A DNA stretch of 64,000 bases from Mobula birostris. Taxonomy: Eukaryota. The position numbers and the translations under genes are program-made. The notes below the pieces were generated by a model. It was not told where the DNA came from. It ran no database searches and was given only the letters and a program-made list of their open reading frames with translations. Positions 61,986-64,000 of the stretch are shown here, piece after piece. The stretch lies in contig NC_092376.1 in NCBI RefSeq assembly GCF_030028105.1, positions 91,572,230-91,636,229 of the forward strand. Reading direction: 5' to 3'. Position 1 is the first letter of the stretch. Each line of letters starts with the position of its first letter.

Positions 61986-63416
61986 CAGTGCCTTGTAAAA
62001 GTATTCAACCCCCAGACTTTTGTTCATGTAAATGAGTGTTACAACCAGAGGTTCAATTTAACAGAGAATTTTTATTTGTGAATCACATATGCCTTTTTCA
62101 CATTTTTTTCACTTTTTTTCACAGTAGAGCACAAAAATCATGAAAAACTGAACTGTCAGTTCAAAAATATTCATCCCCATTTGCTCAGTGCTTAGTTGAA
62201 CCACCTCTCGTAGCCAATGCAGCCAGTAGTCTTTTTGAATAAGTCCTTATTAGCTTTGCACAACGTGATAAAGCAAGAATTGCCCATTCCTTCTTGCAAA
62301 ATTGCTCAAGCTGTGCCAGCTTAGTTTGGGGTAATGTTGGACAGCAATCTTGAGCTCTTTCGAGAGATGTTTGATCAGGTTAAGGTCAGAACCCTGACTG
62401 GGCCACTCAAAGATACCAATTTCTTCATTTGAAGCTCTAGCAGTGTGCTTTGGGCCATTTTCCTCTTGAAAGATGAACTTCCTTCCCAGTTTAAGCTTTT
62501 TGACAGAGGTTGTCAGGTTTTTAATCCATGCACTCTCTATATCTTAAAAACGCAAACACGAGGAAACCTGCAGATGTTGGAAATTCAAGCAACACACACA
62601 AAAGGCACTGGTGAATGCAGCAGGCCAGGCAGCATCTACAGGAAGAGGTACAGTCGATGTTTCGGGCTGAGACCCTTCGTCAGGACTACGAAGGGTCTTG
62701 GCCTGAAACGTCCACTATACCTCTTCCTATGGATGCTGCCTGCCCTGCTGTGTTCACCAGCACTTTTTGTGTATGTCACTCTCTATATTGAGTAGCATTC
62801 ATCTTCCCATCTATCCTGATCAGATTTCCAGTTAAATCCTGCTGCTGAAAAGCATATCCATAGTATGATACCTCCATTATACTTTACAGTAAGGCTGGTG
62901 TTACCTGGCTGATATGCAGTATTAGATTTCCGCTGCATGTGTTGAGGCCAAAATCTAATCTAGTTTCGCCTGACTACAAGACCTTCTTCCACATCTTTAC
63001 TATATCTTCTAAGTTACACTTTGCCATGAATTTTATCTCCAGTTGCAGCCAGTGATTTCTGCAGCTCACTCAGAGTGACTGTTGGCTTCACAGTGGCCTC
63101 GTTTACAAGAGACATTCTGCTCTGGCAACTAGGTGTAGAGGGGTGGACTGACCTAGGCGTGGTTTCATATTTTTTTTCCACTTTTCACGACTGCACTGAG
63201 CTCTGAAGTATGTTCAGTGCCTTTTCGATGGTCTTGTACCCTTAGCCGGATTATGTTTCTCTGTTAGAATTCCCCTGACTTGTCTTGAATGCTCTTTAGT
63301 CTTCATTTTAGTATGGTCTGTTGAAAATTCACCATACTGTTCGACCTTACCTAGAGAGAGGACATTTATTCTTATAAATACATTGAAAACAGATAATCTA
63401 ATTTTCTACATCAACA
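61986..63416 (-). mobile_element. Tc1 transposon in TNFSF13B intron 2, decayed
   Basis: Terminus CAGTGCCTTGTAAAAGTATTCAACCCC. Reverse strand EWPSQGSDLNLIKHL is a WPxQSPDLN-like motif. Confidence 0.8.
62543..62776. mobile_element. PLE-terminus fold-back inserted in the Tc1
   Basis: 12-bp TSD CACTCTCTATAT at 62531-62542 and 62777-62788. ~85-bp imperfect arms around loop 62681-62687. Hammerhead core on the minus strand at 62652-62687. Confidence 0.85.
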
Positions 63417-64000
63417 AACACAAGGAAATCTGCAGATGCTGGAAATTCAAGCAACACACACAAAATGCTGGTGGAACGCAGCAGGCCAGGCAGCATCTAT
63501 AGGAAGAAGTACAGTCGATGTTTCGGGCCGAGACCTTTCGTCAGGACTAACTGAAAAAAGGGATAGTAAGAGATTTGAAAGTGGGAGGAGGAGGGGGAAA
63601 TCCAAAATGATAGGAGAAGACAGGAGGGGGAGGGATGAAGCTAAGAGCTGGAAAGATTGGAAAAAGGGATACAGAGCTGGAGAAGGGGGAGGATCATGGG
63701 ACAGGAGGCCTAGGGAGAAAGAAAGGGATAAATAGATAGATAGTTAAATAGATAGATAGAGGCTGGGGTAAAAACGGGAGGAGGGGTATTAACGGAAGTT
63801 AGAGAAATCAATGCTCATGCCATCAGGTTGGAGGCTACCCAGATGGAATGTGAGGTGTTGTTCCTCCTACCTGAGTGTTGCCTCATCTTGACAGTAGAGG
63901 AGGCCGTGGATAGACATATCAGAATGGGAATGGGACGTGGAATTAAAATGTGTGGCCACTGGCAGATCCTGCTTTCTCTGGCAGATAGAGCGTAGGTGTT
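63417..64000 (-). mobile_element. Neptune-type PLE 3' end, continuing beyond the window
   Basis: Full terminus. Minus-strand hammerhead AGTC-CTGACGA-AAGGTCTCGGCCC-GAAA-CATC|GACT at ~63512-63548. Purine-rich body leads into the GIY-YIG C-terminus. Confidence 0.85.

Overview
Vertebrate genomic DNA, very likely a cartilaginous fish (ray/shark; inferred from the repeat complement). It is not prokaryotic. The window holds the conserved LIG4 - ABHD13 - TNFSF13B (BAFF) gene block. LIG4 has a single coding exon on the minus strand (21411-24149). It shares a CpG-rich head-to-head promoter (~26400-27010) with ABHD13, whose single coding exon is on the plus strand (46792-47805). The first two coding exons of TNFSF13B follow (60767-61018, 61123-61216). 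Most of the remaining sequence is decayed mobile DNA: CR1, Rex1/Babar and L2 LINEs, Penelope-like elements (PLEs), tRNA-derived SINEs, Gypsy fragments, hAT/Tc1/Tigger transposons and a ~1.9 kb satellite. Most notable: (1) A young 300-bp PLE-derived fold-back insertion (20261-20560, 14-bp TSD) just downstream of LIG4. It carries three minimal hammerhead-ribozyme cores, and its 44-bp internal duplication ends exactly at the predicted cleavage site. Two older fold-backs of the same type lie at ~58.0 and ~62.5 kb. (2) An endogenous-retrovirus LTR with a tRNA-His primer-binding site, enhancer repeats and a splice donor, inside ABHD13 intron 1 and pointing toward LIG4. Repeat boundaries were read by eye and are approximate unless a TSD is given.
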